Source: an uncultured Verrucomicrobiae bacterium
Lineage (GTDB): Bacteria; Verrucomicrobiota; Verrucomicrobiia; Limisphaerales; Palsa-1400
Length of the DNA stretch: 64,000 nucleotides
Assembly: GCA_963813995.1 (NCBI GenBank)
Contig: CAWFAZ010000045.1
Span: 46,395-110,394 of the forward strand
Direction: 5' to 3'
Both the position numbers and the translations under genes were made by a program. Shown here piece after piece: positions 10,505 through 20,658 of the stretch; positions within the stretch are counted from its first letter, which is position 1; every line of letters begins with the position of its first letter. The notes beneath the pieces are model-generated. The model made no database searches and was not told the DNA's origin. It saw only the letters and a list, made by a program, of their open reading frames with translations.

Positions 10505-10543
10505 AGAAAGAAAAGGCGGGCGCCGGATGAACCAGCGCCCGCC
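10505..10543 (-). terminator. Rho-independent terminator candidate for the 10576..12777 gene
   Basis: On the minus strand: ggcgggcgc-tggttcatccg-gcgcccgcc followed by ttttctttct. It lies 33 nt downstream of the stop. Confidence 0.5.
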
Positions 10544-10575
10544 GTGTTAAGATGTTACATTAAGACGTTACAACA

Positions 10576-12777
10576 TCATGGATTCAACTGAACCGGGGAA
10601 CTGTTGAACGTGGGCACGGTGAATTGTCCCTGCAGCGTGTAGTCCACCACCTGGACCATGAAGGTGGTTGGAGGAACCGGAGAAGGCGGATAGGCATACC
10701 CCCACTCGAAGTAGTTAGCCGCCACGCTGTCAAACGTCGCTATCCCACCCACCATGTTCTCACCCTGGTTGGGAGTCAGACCTCCTGTAAAGATGAAGTC
10801 GTTGGTGGTCTGATCAAAACCCACCCCGCAACTGGGGGTCGAGTACATCGAGATGCCGTCAGTGATGGGAACCAGGTAATTACTAGCGTCAACCGCATAG
10901 ACATAGACATTACCAACCGGCTCAACAGTGGTTTTCGATTCCATGATATTAGTGACGCTGGTGCTTCCATACTGCGGCGACCAGGTGTCGCCATTATTGG
11001 CGAGCGGAGTGGGCGTTCCTGTCACCCCCACGCCATCCGTAAAGGTCTGGCCCGGAAACGCGACGAGGAGGGATCCCAACTGGGCATTGGTTGTTGCAAA
11101 AACACGTTTCACGGCCTGGAAGTATTGGGCACCGGTGGGGCTTTGCAGGTCACTGGGGCCAACCAACTGCAGAACATCTCCACTCATTGATATCGGAGCG
11201 TAAGTTGACACAGGCAGCCAGTGTGCAGGGTCCAGGCTCGGGGAGTCGAGCAAACTGTAGCCGGTGGACGGAAGCGACCAATCGACCCAGAAGAGCGCGC
11301 TTGAGGGCACCAGCACATTACCGGCAGGCGAACTGCTTGGACCATTGGCCCAATTGACCAGCGCAGGAGTCGCAGGAGGTGCCACATTGGCATCAGCCAG
11401 AAAGTTCTCGCTGACGCTGGTGTTTGTCACACCATTTTGAATAAGGGTGAAACTCGAATAAACCACCGGTTGGTTCGCGGCAGAGGCGTTGTTTTCCTGA
11501 CCGCCCAAATAAATGAGGAAGTTGTAGTTTGATCCTTTGCCTTCCCCGAACCACTTCTCGCCATCGGTGCCACCCATGGTAAAGGTGCCTTGAGTGCCAT
11601 CGGGCACCTGCACATATCCGGTGTCATTCCCCGTGAATGTGACGGAATAATTCCCAAGAAGCAGTGTGCTTTGAACACTGGTATTAGTAGTGCCATTAAA
11701 GGTCAAGGCCATATCGACTGGCGGATTGCCAGTACCGGGTGAGTTGGTCTTGTACCACAAGAGCGCCTGACCGCCAGCGGGCGTTGCCTGGATTTCCAAG
11801 ATCATGACGTTGGGTTCATTCCAGTCAGCGGCGTTATCCTCGGCGGCCGAATTTGCAACCAAAAACATATAGGCTTCGGTGTCGTATATGCTATTCTTTG
11901 GAAAACCGACCATGTTAAAGGCGTAGGTGGTCGGGGGGGTGTTCGATACCCATGATAATCCGCTGGTGGCCGTCGCCAAGACTTCATGGCGATCATACTG
12001 TCCTGGCGAGGCGTTAAATATATTAAGCCCCGGAATAGCCGTCATGATAGGTGACATCGTCGGAGGCGGCGGCGGGGCCTGGGTTCCCTCAAGCTGGACG
12101 TTGTCAATCCAGAAACTGACGCTTACAGAATTCAGAATTCCCCAGCACTGATTGATCCATTTATGAAAGACAATGCCCGAAACCCCGTCTATATTGGCCT
12201 CGCTCTGATTGATGGGAACATTAACAGTCACCCAGCCATTGGAGGCTGCGGCTGGTATATTAGGACTGCCGAGTGCAGGTCCCATCTGACCGTCAGGACC
12301 TCCGCAGCCTTCCACATCAAGGCCCGGTAAACTTCCGGAAAGATAACCGTATGGAGCCCAGGACTGAAGATTGTTTGTGGGCCAAGTGCTAAGATCATTG
12401 AATAGACCAATCGACATACCCGACGAGTTGTCCCACTTGATGTCGAATGATATGTTCGTATAACCGGAAAGGGCGATAGGCACAGGGGTATACCACGGAT
12501 TTCCTCCGCCAAGACATATATAGTCCACTAATGAAGTGTCTGAACCACCGGAGAAGGTAGTGGTTACATGGAGGGAGCCGCCGGCATTGCCAGTATTATC
12601 CTGAGTGCCATCCCAAGCCACCGTGCTCGGACCCCACTCGACACCGGTCCCGCTGGCCGCTGAATCAAAGGTGTTAATTACGAGAACTTTTTGGTCCGCC
12701 TGGACTTGAACTGAACCTGCCAGCAGCAAAGCGGCAGCGCCCAAAACTCCTGACGTGATGTATTTTTGTATTTTCAT
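10576..12777 (-). CDS. Large secreted protein with an N-terminal sugar-binding-like domain, a poly-Pro linker and a conserved downstream module shared with the 50911..54897 protein
   Basis: The internal ATG at 12777 gives the signal peptide MKIQKYITSGVLGAAALLLAGSVQVQA. Linker QAPPPPPT. It is collinear with the C-terminal half of the sedolisin-HYR protein. Confidence 0.8.
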   Translation of the reverse strand: MKIQKYITSGVLGAAALLLAGSVQVQADQKVLVINTFDSAASGTGVEWGPSTVAWDGTQDNTGNAGGSLHVTTTFSGGSDTSLVDYICLGGGNPWYTPVPIALSGYTNISFDIKWDNSSGMSIGLFNDLSTWPTNNLQSWAPYGYLSGSLPGLDVEGCGGPDGQMGPALGSPNIPAAASNGWVTVNVPINQSEANIDGVSGIVFHKWINQCWGILNSVSVSFWIDNVQLEGTQAPPPPPTMSPIMTAIPGLNIFNASPGQYDRHEVLATATSGLSWVSNTPPTTYAFNMVGFPKNSIYDTEAYMFLVANSAAEDNAADWNEPNVMILEIQATPAGGQALLWYKTNSPGTGNPPVDMALTFNGTTNTSVQSTLLLGNYSVTFTGNDTGYVQVPDGTQGTFTMGGTDGEKWFGEGKGSNYNFLIYLGGQENNASAANQPVVYSSFTLIQNGVTNTSVSENFLADANVAPPATPALVNWANGPSSSPAGNVLVPSSALFWVDWSLPSTGYSLLDSPSLDPAHWLPVSTYAPISMSGDVLQLVGPSDLQSPTGAQYFQAVKRVFATTNAQLGSLLVAFPGQTFTDGVGVTGTPTPLANNGDTWSPQYGSTSVTNIMESKTTVEPVGNVYVYAVDASNYLVPITDGISMYSTPSCGVGFDQTTNDFIFTGGLTPNQGENMVGGIATFDSVAANYFEWGYAYPPSPVPPTTFMVQVVDYTLQGQFTVPTFNSSPVQLNP

Positions 12778-13115
12778 AGTGTATTTATTTATGGTTGTTA
12801 TCATTGAGGTGATTAGCATTGCTGGTTAAACATGAGCGGCAAGTTCCGTCGGCTCGCCGTCTGATGAAATAGGTCTTTCATATGCTATGGTATAATTTAT
12901 CGCAGAAACCGGGTGTTTTGTCACGCAGACAATAGTCCTGTCCATGCATACTACTTAAGTATAGGTTTTTACTACCCTGAGTGCCGTCTTGACGGGTGGC
13001 GGGGGTAATTGAGAGGATTGTAACTTACGATGCAGGCCAGATTTACAGCAGATTCCGGGTTTCCCGCGAGATTGATGTTTTTTGGGGAAGCTGCCAGAAT
13101 GGGAGGGTGAAAAAG

Positions 13116-15239
13116 ATGCGCGCCAACCCAAATCGAGCGCCAGTCGGAATCTGTTCCCTGGCGTCCTGCTTTTTGGCCGCGGCCGGGACGGGCAGCGCCA
13201 TGGCCGGGCCGGCCGATCCCTCCCCTTTCACGACCGTGGAGCAAGTGCGCGAAATCACCCCCGAGCAGGCCGACAAGAATTACCCGGTTCATCTGCGCGG
13301 AGTGGTTACCTTTTCCGATTGGAAGGCGGACCAGGGAATGTTTTTGCAGGATCAAACCGCCGGCATATACATTGGATTGAACTCGGCCAGCGATCTGCCG
13401 GTTGGGGAGGAGGTGGAAGTGGACGGAACCACCACGGCGGGGGACTTCGTTCCGTTCGTCAGGGCGCGGCAAATACGAAGGCTCGGATCCGAACCGTTGC
13501 CGGAGCCGCACCGGGTTTCGTATGAGCAATTGGCCAGCGGCAAGGAGGACAGCCAGTGGGTGGAAGTGCGCGGGGTCGTTCGCTCGATCATTGAGGTCAC
13601 CATGAATCGGGCGCGGGTGGATTTGCTGGTCAACGGGCAGCGATTGAGCGCGTTGGTTGTGCGGCTGGATGTGACCAATGCCCAGCAGTTGGTTTGCGCC
13701 ACAGTGCGTGTGCGGGGCGTTTGCCGCACGCGCTTCAACCGCAAACGCCAGTTGCGCGCGCCCTATCTGGGCGTGAGCAGTTCCGCTGATATTGTCGTCG
13801 AACTGCCGGCTCCGGGCAATCCGGTCGAGGTGCCGATGGCCTCGCTCCTGCAGTTCAATTCGGAGGGTTATTATGGCCGCCGGGTGGAGGTGCGCGGCGT
13901 GGTCACCGAACAAAAAGGCAGTTCCCTTTTCATCCAGGACCACGCTGCGACCCTTTACGTCAAGAGCCAGCAAAGCACGCCCGTCGTCCCGGGCGACATT
14001 GTCAAGGTCATCGGGTTCCCCGTCCTGGGCCAATATGCGCCGGTGCTGGAAGACGCGGTTTTCCAGATCGTTGGGCACGAGACCCCACCTGTGCCGGTCG
14101 AGGTTGGAATCGAGCAATTGCTCACCGAATACTACAACTTGGAGTTGGTGCGTTTGCGGGGGCGTCTGATCAATCGCGTGGACAGGTTCGATGAGCAAGT
14201 GCTGGTTTTGGAGTCGGAGAATTTGATATTAAGCGCGCACCTGGACACCGCCAAGGCGGACAGTCGCATCAGCCAGTTGCAAAATGGCAGCGAATTGGAA
14301 CTGACCGGCGTCTGCCTGGCCCAGCCGGTGGAAAACTGGAATCCGTCCCTTCCCACCCATACGGAAGCCTTTCAATTATTGCTGCGCTCCGCCGACAACG
14401 TGGTCGTGCTGCACACTCCCTCCTGGTGGACTCTGTCGCGCTTGTGCTGGGTGCTGGGGATGCTGAGCGTGGCGCTGCTGGCCGGTTTTGCCTGGGTGTT
14501 CGTGCTGGACCGGCGGGTGAGGCGGCAAACGGGTATTATCCAGCAGAAAATACAACGCGAGGCGGTGCTGGAAGAGCGCACGCGCATCGCCCGCGAATTT
14601 CACGACACCCTGGAGCAGGAATTGGCCGCCATCACCATTCAATTGGACACCGTTGCGGCGCAATTTAGCGATGCGCCGGGGGTGGCCCGGCAATTGCTCG
14701 AACTGGCCCGCACCATGAGCCGCCGCAGCCTCTTTGAGGCCCGCCGCTCGGTCTGGGATTTGCGCTCCCACCTGCTGGAAAACAGCAACCTGGTCACGGC
14801 CCTTTCCGAAGTGACCAAACTCATGGCCAGCAGCGCCCATCTCCAGATTGACGTCCAGACTTCCGGCCAACCCCGCAAGCTGGCCGCGCCGGTGGAAAAC
14901 AACCTGCTGCGCATCGCCCAGGAAGCGCTGACCAATGCCCTCAAGCACGCCCGCGCCTCGCAAATTGTCGTCAAGCTCATTTATGAGCCGGACCGGGTCC
15001 GCCTGCGGGTCTGCGATGACGGAGTCGGTTTCGACACGGCTTGCCACGCCACCATTGATGGAGGACACTTTGGCTTGCTCGACATGAGTGAACGGGCCGG
15101 GAAGATCGGCGGCACCTTCTCGATGATCAGCGCGTCCGGCCAGGGCACGGAAATCGTGGTGGCGGTGGCGGACAAGGGCGCGCCGGAGAGAGCGGCTGGG
15201 CCGCACAACAGTCAGGAAAAGAAAGTTTCAGCCGCATAG
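13116..15239 (+). CDS. Sensor histidine kinase, HisKA_3 (NarX/DegS-like) type, with a large periplasmic domain
   Basis: ATG at 13116 is preceded by gggaggg. Signal/TM CSLASCFLAAAGTGSAMA, with a second TM before the H-box ERTRIAREFHDTLEQELAAI. ATPase motifs DDGVGFD and GHFGLLDM. Confidence 0.85.
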   Translation: MRANPNRAPVGICSLASCFLAAAGTGSAMAGPADPSPFTTVEQVREITPEQADKNYPVHLRGVVTFSDWKADQGMFLQDQTAGIYIGLNSASDLPVGEEVEVDGTTTAGDFVPFVRARQIRRLGSEPLPEPHRVSYEQLASGKEDSQWVEVRGVVRSIIEVTMNRARVDLLVNGQRLSALVVRLDVTNAQQLVCATVRVRGVCRTRFNRKRQLRAPYLGVSSSADIVVELPAPGNPVEVPMASLLQFNSEGYYGRRVEVRGVVTEQKGSSLFIQDHAATLYVKSQQSTPVVPGDIVKVIGFPVLGQYAPVLEDAVFQIVGHETPPVPVEVGIEQLLTEYYNLELVRLRGRLINRVDRFDEQVLVLESENLILSAHLDTAKADSRISQLQNGSELELTGVCLAQPVENWNPSLPTHTEAFQLLLRSADNVVVLHTPSWWTLSRLCWVLGMLSVALLAGFAWVFVLDRRVRRQTGIIQQKIQREAVLEERTRIAREFHDTLEQELAAITIQLDTVAAQFSDAPGVARQLLELARTMSRRSLFEARRSVWDLRSHLLENSNLVTALSEVTKLMASSAHLQIDVQTSGQPRKLAAPVENNLLRIAQEALTNALKHARASQIVVKLIYEPDRVRLRVCDDGVGFDTACHATIDGGHFGLLDMSERAGKIGGTFSMISASGQGTEIVVAVADKGAPERAAGPHNSQEKKVSAA

Positions 15240-15247
15240 CCGCGCCA

Positions 15248-15892
15248 ATGGCAATGACAGCCAATATGAAAAACAAGATTCGGGTCATGGTGGTGGACGA
15301 TCATTTTGTCGTTCGCATGGGGTTGACCGGTTCGGTCAATGTCGAGCCGGACATGACGGTGGACGCCGAGGCCTCCACCGGTGAGCAGGCCATTGCCGCC
15401 TACCGCGAGCATCGGCCGGACATCGTCCTGATGGACTTGAAGCTTCCCGCGATGAGCGGGGTGGAGGCGACCAAAGCCATTTGCGAGGAGTTTCCCGGCG
15501 CGTCCATCATCATGCTTTCCACCCATGACGGGGAAGAGTACATTTACCGGTCCCTTCAGGCCGGGGCGCGCGCCTATCTGCTCAAGACGGTGGAGCGCAA
15601 GGAATTGATCGACACCATCCGGAGCGTCCATGCGGGCGAACGTTGCATTTCCCCGGCCGTCGGCGCCCGGCTGGCCGAGCGCATGGCTCATCCGGACTTG
15701 ACCGCCCGCGAGGTGGAAGTTTTGCAATTGATCGTCAAAGGCCGGAGCAACAAGGAGATTGCGGCCGATCTGTCGATTGCCGAGGTCACGGTCAAACTCC
15801 ATGTCGGGCACATCCTGACAAAATTGGGGGTCAATGACCGCACGCAAGCAACCACCACGGCCCTGCAACGGGGCATTATTCATCTCGAGTGA
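15248..15892 (+). CDS. NarL/LuxR-family response regulator
   Basis: REC motifs VMVVDDH, DIVLMDLKLP and LLK. LuxR HTH LTAREVEVLQLIVKGRSNKEIAADLSIAEVTVKLHVGHIL. It starts 8 nt after the kinase stop. Confidence 0.9.
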   Translation: MAMTANMKNKIRVMVVDDHFVVRMGLTGSVNVEPDMTVDAEASTGEQAIAAYREHRPDIVLMDLKLPAMSGVEATKAICEEFPGASIIMLSTHDGEEYIYRSLQAGARAYLLKTVERKELIDTIRSVHAGERCISPAVGARLAERMAHPDLTAREVEVLQLIVKGRSNKEIAADLSIAEVTVKLHVGHILTKLGVNDRTQATTTALQRGIIHLE

Positions 15893-15926
15893 CGGCCGCC
15901 AAACCCGCGGGCCAACACAGGAGAAT

Positions 15927-16922
15927 TCAGTTGGCCGTGTAATTCGTGTTGTTGACCCAGTAGCCCCGCGGGCCGACGATTCCGTTGGGCGCCGTGCCGC
16001 CGTTGGTGATCGTCCCGTTGCCGACTGATTGCTGCATGGATAAAGCGGAGACGTGGTTGTCGCAAAAGAGATAATTAAAGCTATTGCCGTGACTCGCGTA
16101 GAGAGCCGCCCCTTCATTATCCGGATCACCCGGATCTATTTGAACCAGTTCTCCCGCTCCTTGTCCAGCGGTCCCTGCATAGGGAGCCTCACAGAAGCAA
16201 GGCCAGATATTGTCCGCGACATTATCGCCGGCGGCTATTTCGGCGAGCAGGATCAAATTAGCGGGCGCGATTACGATCGACGTCTTGAGACTGGGCGCGG
16301 ACCACGGGTTATTGGGGTCCTGATCCCAGTAAACACCCACACCCTGAACGGCCGTGGGCAGTTTGTAACCATCCGTAGTCACGGGTATTTGCCACCCCAC
16401 ACCCCACACGACGCTGGAGACGTTCATGGCATACGTTCTTCTCCCAAGCGGGTTTGACTGCTCCTGGCTCGCCACCCAATAAGTATCAGGCCCCGTGTCA
16501 GCGGGGCACAGCAAAACTTTGGGGCTTATGCCCCTGGGGATGCCATTATAATTTTGAAACTGCACGAATTGCGCGTAGGTAAAATGGCCGCCGGAGATGT
16601 AGAAGTTGATGTAAGTATCCCATGAAATCTCCATATTCCCTGAACTGGGGGTGTCTCCAGCAGGCGGGTACATATCATTGTTGTCGCCGCTGAAAAGAGT
16701 GATGGCCGTGCCGAGTTGTTTGAGGTTGGAAGAACATTTGGCCTTGGCGGCGCTGGACTTGGCCCGTGCCAGCGCCGGCAGAAGCATGGCGGCCAAAATC
16801 GCGATAATGGCGATGACCACCAGCAGCTCAATCAGCGTAAAGGCCCGCCGTGCCGCGCCGTTTCCCCCCGCTCGTCCCCGCAAAAATTGGATTCCACGAA
16901 TGTTTTTCATACTTCCTTTCAT
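15927..16922 (-). CDS. Prepilin-type N-terminal cleavage/methylation protein, DUF1559-like
   Basis: [30 protein letters not shown] pseudopilin N-terminus. C-terminal ..[14 protein letters not shown].. (H-X9-DG-like). An ATGA overlap links it to the upstream ORF. Confidence 0.85.
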   Translation of the reverse strand: MKGSMKNIRGIQFLRGRAGGNGAARRAFTLIELLVVIAIIAILAAMLLPALARAKSSAAKAKCSSNLKQLGTAITLFSGDNNDMYPPAGDTPSSGNMEISWDTYINFYISGGHFTYAQFVQFQNYNGIPRGISPKVLLCPADTGPDTYWVASQEQSNPLGRRTYAMNVSSVVWGVGWQIPVTTDGYKLPTAVQGVGVYWDQDPNNPWSAPSLKTSIVIAPANLILLAEIAAGDNVADNIWPCFCEAPYAGTAGQGAGELVQIDPGDPDNEGAALYASHGNSFNYLFCDNHVSALSMQQSVGNGTITNGGTAPNGIVGPRGYWVNNTNYTAN

Positions 16923-17284
16923 TTGGCGTTAGCGTCAACTAAAATAACGTGCCACAGCTTGCTGATGGCATATTTCTGTCCGGCAGGCGGCGGCGGCACC
17001 TCCACACCGGCGGCGGCCACGAATTCGTCGAAATTGCCGGTCAGCCGGTGCTGGTGCATGGTTCGGCGCAATTCACGCGTCAAATTGGCCAGGTTCGTCA
17101 CCACCTGGGGATCCGACGGGACAATGCCTTGCTCGGCAGTGACGGCGGGTGGCGGGTTGTTCTTGTGGCATCCGGCGGTCAGCGTGACGGCCATGCACGC
17201 GACAAACGCGACAACAGCGAGGCGGCACAGGTTTGTCAGAGCACCGGCTGGCAGCTTTGTTATTAGAGGCTTCATGTCCATCAT
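16919..17284 (-). CDS. Small lipoprotein candidate coupled to the DUF1559 gene
   Basis: Lipobox-like VTLTAGC follows a hydrophobic segment. Its stop overlaps the next ATG (ATGA at 16919..16922). Confidence 0.5.
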   Translation of the reverse strand: MMDMKPLITKLPAGALTNLCRLAVVAFVACMAVTLTAGCHKNNPPPAVTAEQGIVPSDPQVVTNLANLTRELRRTMHQHRLTGNFDEFVAAAGVEVPPPPAGQKYAISKLWHVILVDANAK

Positions 17285-17469
17285 AGTTCGCTTTCCAGTT
17301 TCAGTAATCGAATATAGCCTTTGGCAGGAGTTCAGTCGAAGAAAAAATAAAACATGTTAGCTGTATTCCAAGCCAATACTTTAGTATAGCTTGCGCGGGA
17401 CACAGCTTTTTCAAATCTGCCGATCATACCCCTGACTTTTCCGCCGTTTGTGAATCAAGTTCCATCGGT

Positions 17470-18423
17470 TCAGGAGGTCTTTGACATTGTTTTCCACGCA
17501 TCGAGGCAACGGCGCGCGGTCTCAAATTCGGGATAGCGGCTGCCTTCCTGCTCGATCAGGTAATACTCCACCCCGCCGGCGGCTTCGGCAGCCGCGATAA
17601 TTGCCTTCCACGGGCAAACGCCTTCGGCGAAGAGGACGCGGTAGCCCTTTTCCTGGGCGGCGGCGCCTGGCGCCCAGTCTTTAAGGTGGAGAGTGCGGAT
17701 GCGACCCGGGTTCGCGTTGATCCAAGCGACGGGATCGGCGCCGGCTTCCACGCAGGTGCCGACGTCGAGCTGGAGGACAAACTCCCTGGGGGTGTTGGCG
17801 GCCAGCACGTCCATCGTCCGCAGGTTGCCGTCCAGCGGCGCCCACTCCGTCTGATGGTTGTGAAAACCGGCCGCGAGACCGTGGGCTTTGAGTTGGCCGG
17901 AGGCGCTGCTGAGTTGTTCGCAGAGTTTTTTCCAGGCATCCAGTCCGCGGACGCCATTGGGCGCGGTGGCGAGGACGAGGATTTTGGCGCCAAGAATCTG
18001 GTTCAGCTCAATGGCCCTGCCCACGCCATCCCCCGGCGTGAATGACCCGATATGGTTGTGAGTTGAGTAGCACCGAAGACCGAGATCGTCCATCAAAGTG
18101 CGGACGTCCTTCGCATGAGGCACGGACCAATCGTAGTAGGGCGCATAAAACTCGACGACTTCGTACCCGATCCCGGCGACCGTTTTGAGAGTGTTCGGCA
18201 GGTCCCGCGCCAGTTCGGTTCGCACGGAGTAGAGTTCGAGGCCAATGGGATGTTTCTTTGGCGTCATCGTCGCGGTGACGGCATCGGCGGCGGGCGCGGG
18301 GTGCGGCGAAGGCGTCGTGCGACACCCTTGCGCGAGCAGCGCCGCCGGAACGGCCCCGGAGAGGACCAGGAAGTTCCGGCGTGAAATGGGATTGAGGGTG
18401 TTTCCGAAATTGTTCAAGCTCAT
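17470..18423 (-). CDS. Sugar-phosphate isomerase/epimerase (xylose isomerase-like TIM barrel) with a Tat-type signal
   Basis: The internal ATG at 18423 gives MSLNNFGNTLNPISRRNFLVLSGAVPAALLAQGC. Motifs GLELYSVR, FHNHQTEW and LHLKDW. Confidence 0.8.
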   Translation of the reverse strand: MSLNNFGNTLNPISRRNFLVLSGAVPAALLAQGCRTTPSPHPAPAADAVTATMTPKKHPIGLELYSVRTELARDLPNTLKTVAGIGYEVVEFYAPYYDWSVPHAKDVRTLMDDLGLRCYSTHNHIGSFTPGDGVGRAIELNQILGAKILVLATAPNGVRGLDAWKKLCEQLSSASGQLKAHGLAAGFHNHQTEWAPLDGNLRTMDVLAANTPREFVLQLDVGTCVEAGADPVAWINANPGRIRTLHLKDWAPGAAAQEKGYRVLFAEGVCPWKAIIAAAEAAGGVEYYLIEQEGSRYPEFETARRCLDAWKTMSKTS

Positions 18424-18473
18424 GCATTCGAGCGTAAGCAAAACCGGGCATCGCCACAAGCAACAAATATCTT

Positions 18474-19193
18474 CTATTCTCCGAGATTCCGCCGCAGAAG
18501 AGCGCACAATTTCGCTGGTGAGAGGACCACAATGGTTTTGCCCTTCACGGCCAGCAGTTTCTGTTCCCGAAATTTTGCGAGTGTTCGGGAAAAAGTCTCG
18601 CTGACGGTGCCCAATTCCGCGGCGAGCACACGTTTGGTCATCGCAAGCTCAATCCGGACAGGCTGCCCGCTCCGGGGATCCGGGCATCGTTTGACAAGCC
18701 AGTTCGCCAACCGGGTCTCCACGTCTTTGAGAGTCAGGTCTTCGAGTTGACTGATCAGCGTCCGCAAGTGGCTGCTCATGGAACCGAGCATTCGCAACGC
18801 GAGTTCGGGCTGACGCCGAAGCAACGCCAGAATTCCCGCCTTCTGCACGAGCAACACCTGTGTTGCTTCCAGCACGCGGGCATCAGCGGGGTAACCTTTG
18901 GCCGAAGCCAGCACCACTTCGGCAAAGGAATCACCCGCGCGGAAAACGTGGATGATCTGCTCCCTGCCCGCCGCATTGACCCGGTGGACGTTGACGGAGC
19001 CGCATTGCACAATATAAAAGCCGATGGCGGGGTCGCCTTCGTGAAAAAGATATTCGCCCCTGGCCAGGGATTTTACCACGGTGACATCCGCAATGCTTTC
19101 GAGGTCTTGCACAGGCAGGCCGGCAAACAACTGGCAGCTTCGCAGCGCGGCAGTCATGCCGGCCTTTTTTAATTCACCGAACGTGAGGGACAT
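18474..19193 (-). CDS. Crp/Fnr-family transcription factor with no N-terminal Cys cluster (Dnr/NnrR-like class)
   Basis: cNMP-binding fold (GEYLFHEGDPAIGFYIVQCGSV). HTH with an E--SR recognition motif (VSETFSRTL). Confidence 0.85.
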   Translation of the reverse strand: MSLTFGELKKAGMTAALRSCQLFAGLPVQDLESIADVTVVKSLARGEYLFHEGDPAIGFYIVQCGSVNVHRVNAAGREQIIHVFRAGDSFAEVVLASAKGYPADARVLEATQVLLVQKAGILALLRRQPELALRMLGSMSSHLRTLISQLEDLTLKDVETRLANWLVKRCPDPRSGQPVRIELAMTKRVLAAELGTVSETFSRTLAKFREQKLLAVKGKTIVVLSPAKLCALLRRNLGE

Positions 19194-19387
19194 GGCGGGG
19201 ATGATTCAACCATCTTCAGGCCAAAAGTAAACAAGCCAGTCGCTGCCTGGCGCAATGGGCGCTTGCTTCACGCACCGATGTACCGTAAGACGATAAAGAT
19301 GATGCGTGGAGCATTCGCGACTGTCCGAGCAGGCGCCCGATCCTGGCGCCGTCAGGCGATTATGATCGGCACAGGAAAGCATTCGAG

Positions 19388-20584
19388 GTGGCCGCGGTGA
19401 GCACGGACCCACACCGTCTTGCCACACGCTGCGCCCACGGTGGCGCGAGCCGCCGCGGCCCCGGCGGGGCCAACGAGCCGTTTCAGCGGCCCATCGTGCA
19501 GAGCACAATCTTCAACTTGGGAACTTCGACCGAGGCCGAGGCGATCTTTTCCGGGGCACGCAAGGGATATGCGTATTCGCGATTCGGCAATCCGTCGGTG
19601 GATGGGTTGGCGGAGATGATCGCCGACCTGGAGGGTGGCGCTGAAGCGATGGTCACCAGTTCGGGGAACGCCGCCGTGTTGTGCGCGGTGACGGCAGGGT
19701 TGGAGGGGCGCGACGGGCCTCTGGTCACGCACCATGATGTTTACGGAGGAAGCTTCGAGTTGTTGCGCATTCTCTCCAGCATTCATCGTGTGCCAGTCGA
19801 GATCGTTGATTCCACCAATGCAGAGGCGTGGTGGGACGCGGTGTCGCGGGCTGGCGCCGTGTTGTTGGAAACCCCTTCGAATCCGCTGATGCGGCTCATC
19901 GATATCGGGGAGACGATCACGCGGGCGCGGGTGAGCGGCGCCCCGGTGATCGTGGATAACACGGTGGCGACGCCTTTCAATCAACGCCCATTCGATTTCG
20001 GAGCGGACTGGGTCGTTCACTCGACGAGCAAGTATCTCAACGGCCATTCCGACATGATCGGCGGTTGTTTGGTGCGCAGGGAACGGTTGTCGGCGATGCA
20101 TCGGACGATACACAAGAATCTGGGTGGAACGGTCAATGCGCTCGATGCCTGGCTGGTGCTTCGCGGATTGCGAACCTTCGCCTTGCGGATGGAAGCACAC
20201 AACCGCAACGGACAGGCCGTCGCGGAGTGGCTGCTCCGCCGGCCGGAGGTCGCGCGGGTCCATTATCCCGGCCTGGCCTCGCATCCCCAGACCGAACTCT
20301 TTCGCCGGCAGATGAAGCACGGCGGCGCACTGCTCTCATTCGAACTGGCAGGGGGCGAGGCGGCGGCCTGCCAGTTTCTCGATCGTATCCGATTAATCAC
20401 TCACGCGGTGAGTTTGGGCGGCATGGAGAGCCTGGCGACGCGGCCGGCGATGTCCAGCCACCGGGGAATGACTTCCGCAGCGCGGCTTCGGGCTGGAGTG
20501 TCAGACAGCCTGATCCGGCTGTCGGTGGGCGTGGAGGCGCTCGAAGATTTGTATGCCGATTTGGAGCAGGCGATCGCCGGGTAG
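19388..20584 (+). CDS. Cys/Met-metabolism PLP-dependent enzyme (cystathionine gamma-synthase/lyase family)
   Basis: The track start is a GTG. Motifs YSRFGNPS and the PLP-lysine context HSTSKYLNGHSD. C-terminal LIRLSVGVE. Confidence 0.85.
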   Translation: MAAVSTDPHRLATRCAHGGASRRGPGGANEPFQRPIVQSTIFNLGTSTEAEAIFSGARKGYAYSRFGNPSVDGLAEMIADLEGGAEAMVTSSGNAAVLCAVTAGLEGRDGPLVTHHDVYGGSFELLRILSSIHRVPVEIVDSTNAEAWWDAVSRAGAVLLETPSNPLMRLIDIGETITRARVSGAPVIVDNTVATPFNQRPFDFGADWVVHSTSKYLNGHSDMIGGCLVRRERLSAMHRTIHKNLGGTVNALDAWLVLRGLRTFALRMEAHNRNGQAVAEWLLRRPEVARVHYPGLASHPQTELFRRQMKHGGALLSFELAGGEAAACQFLDRIRLITHAVSLGGMESLATRPAMSSHRGMTSAARLRAGVSDSLIRLSVGVEALEDLYADLEQAIAG

Positions 20585-20620
20585 TGTTCGACAAAGCGGA
20601 TTGGACAACCAAGCCTGTGC

Positions 20621-20658
20621 AAAGCGAGTGGTCCAGCGGCGGGGGCGCACTCGCTTTT
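20621..20658 (+). terminator. Possible terminator hairpin after the PLP-enzyme gene
   Basis: aaagcgagtg / cactcgcttt form a 10-bp stem, but with a long 17-nt loop, ending in tttt. Confidence 0.35.
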
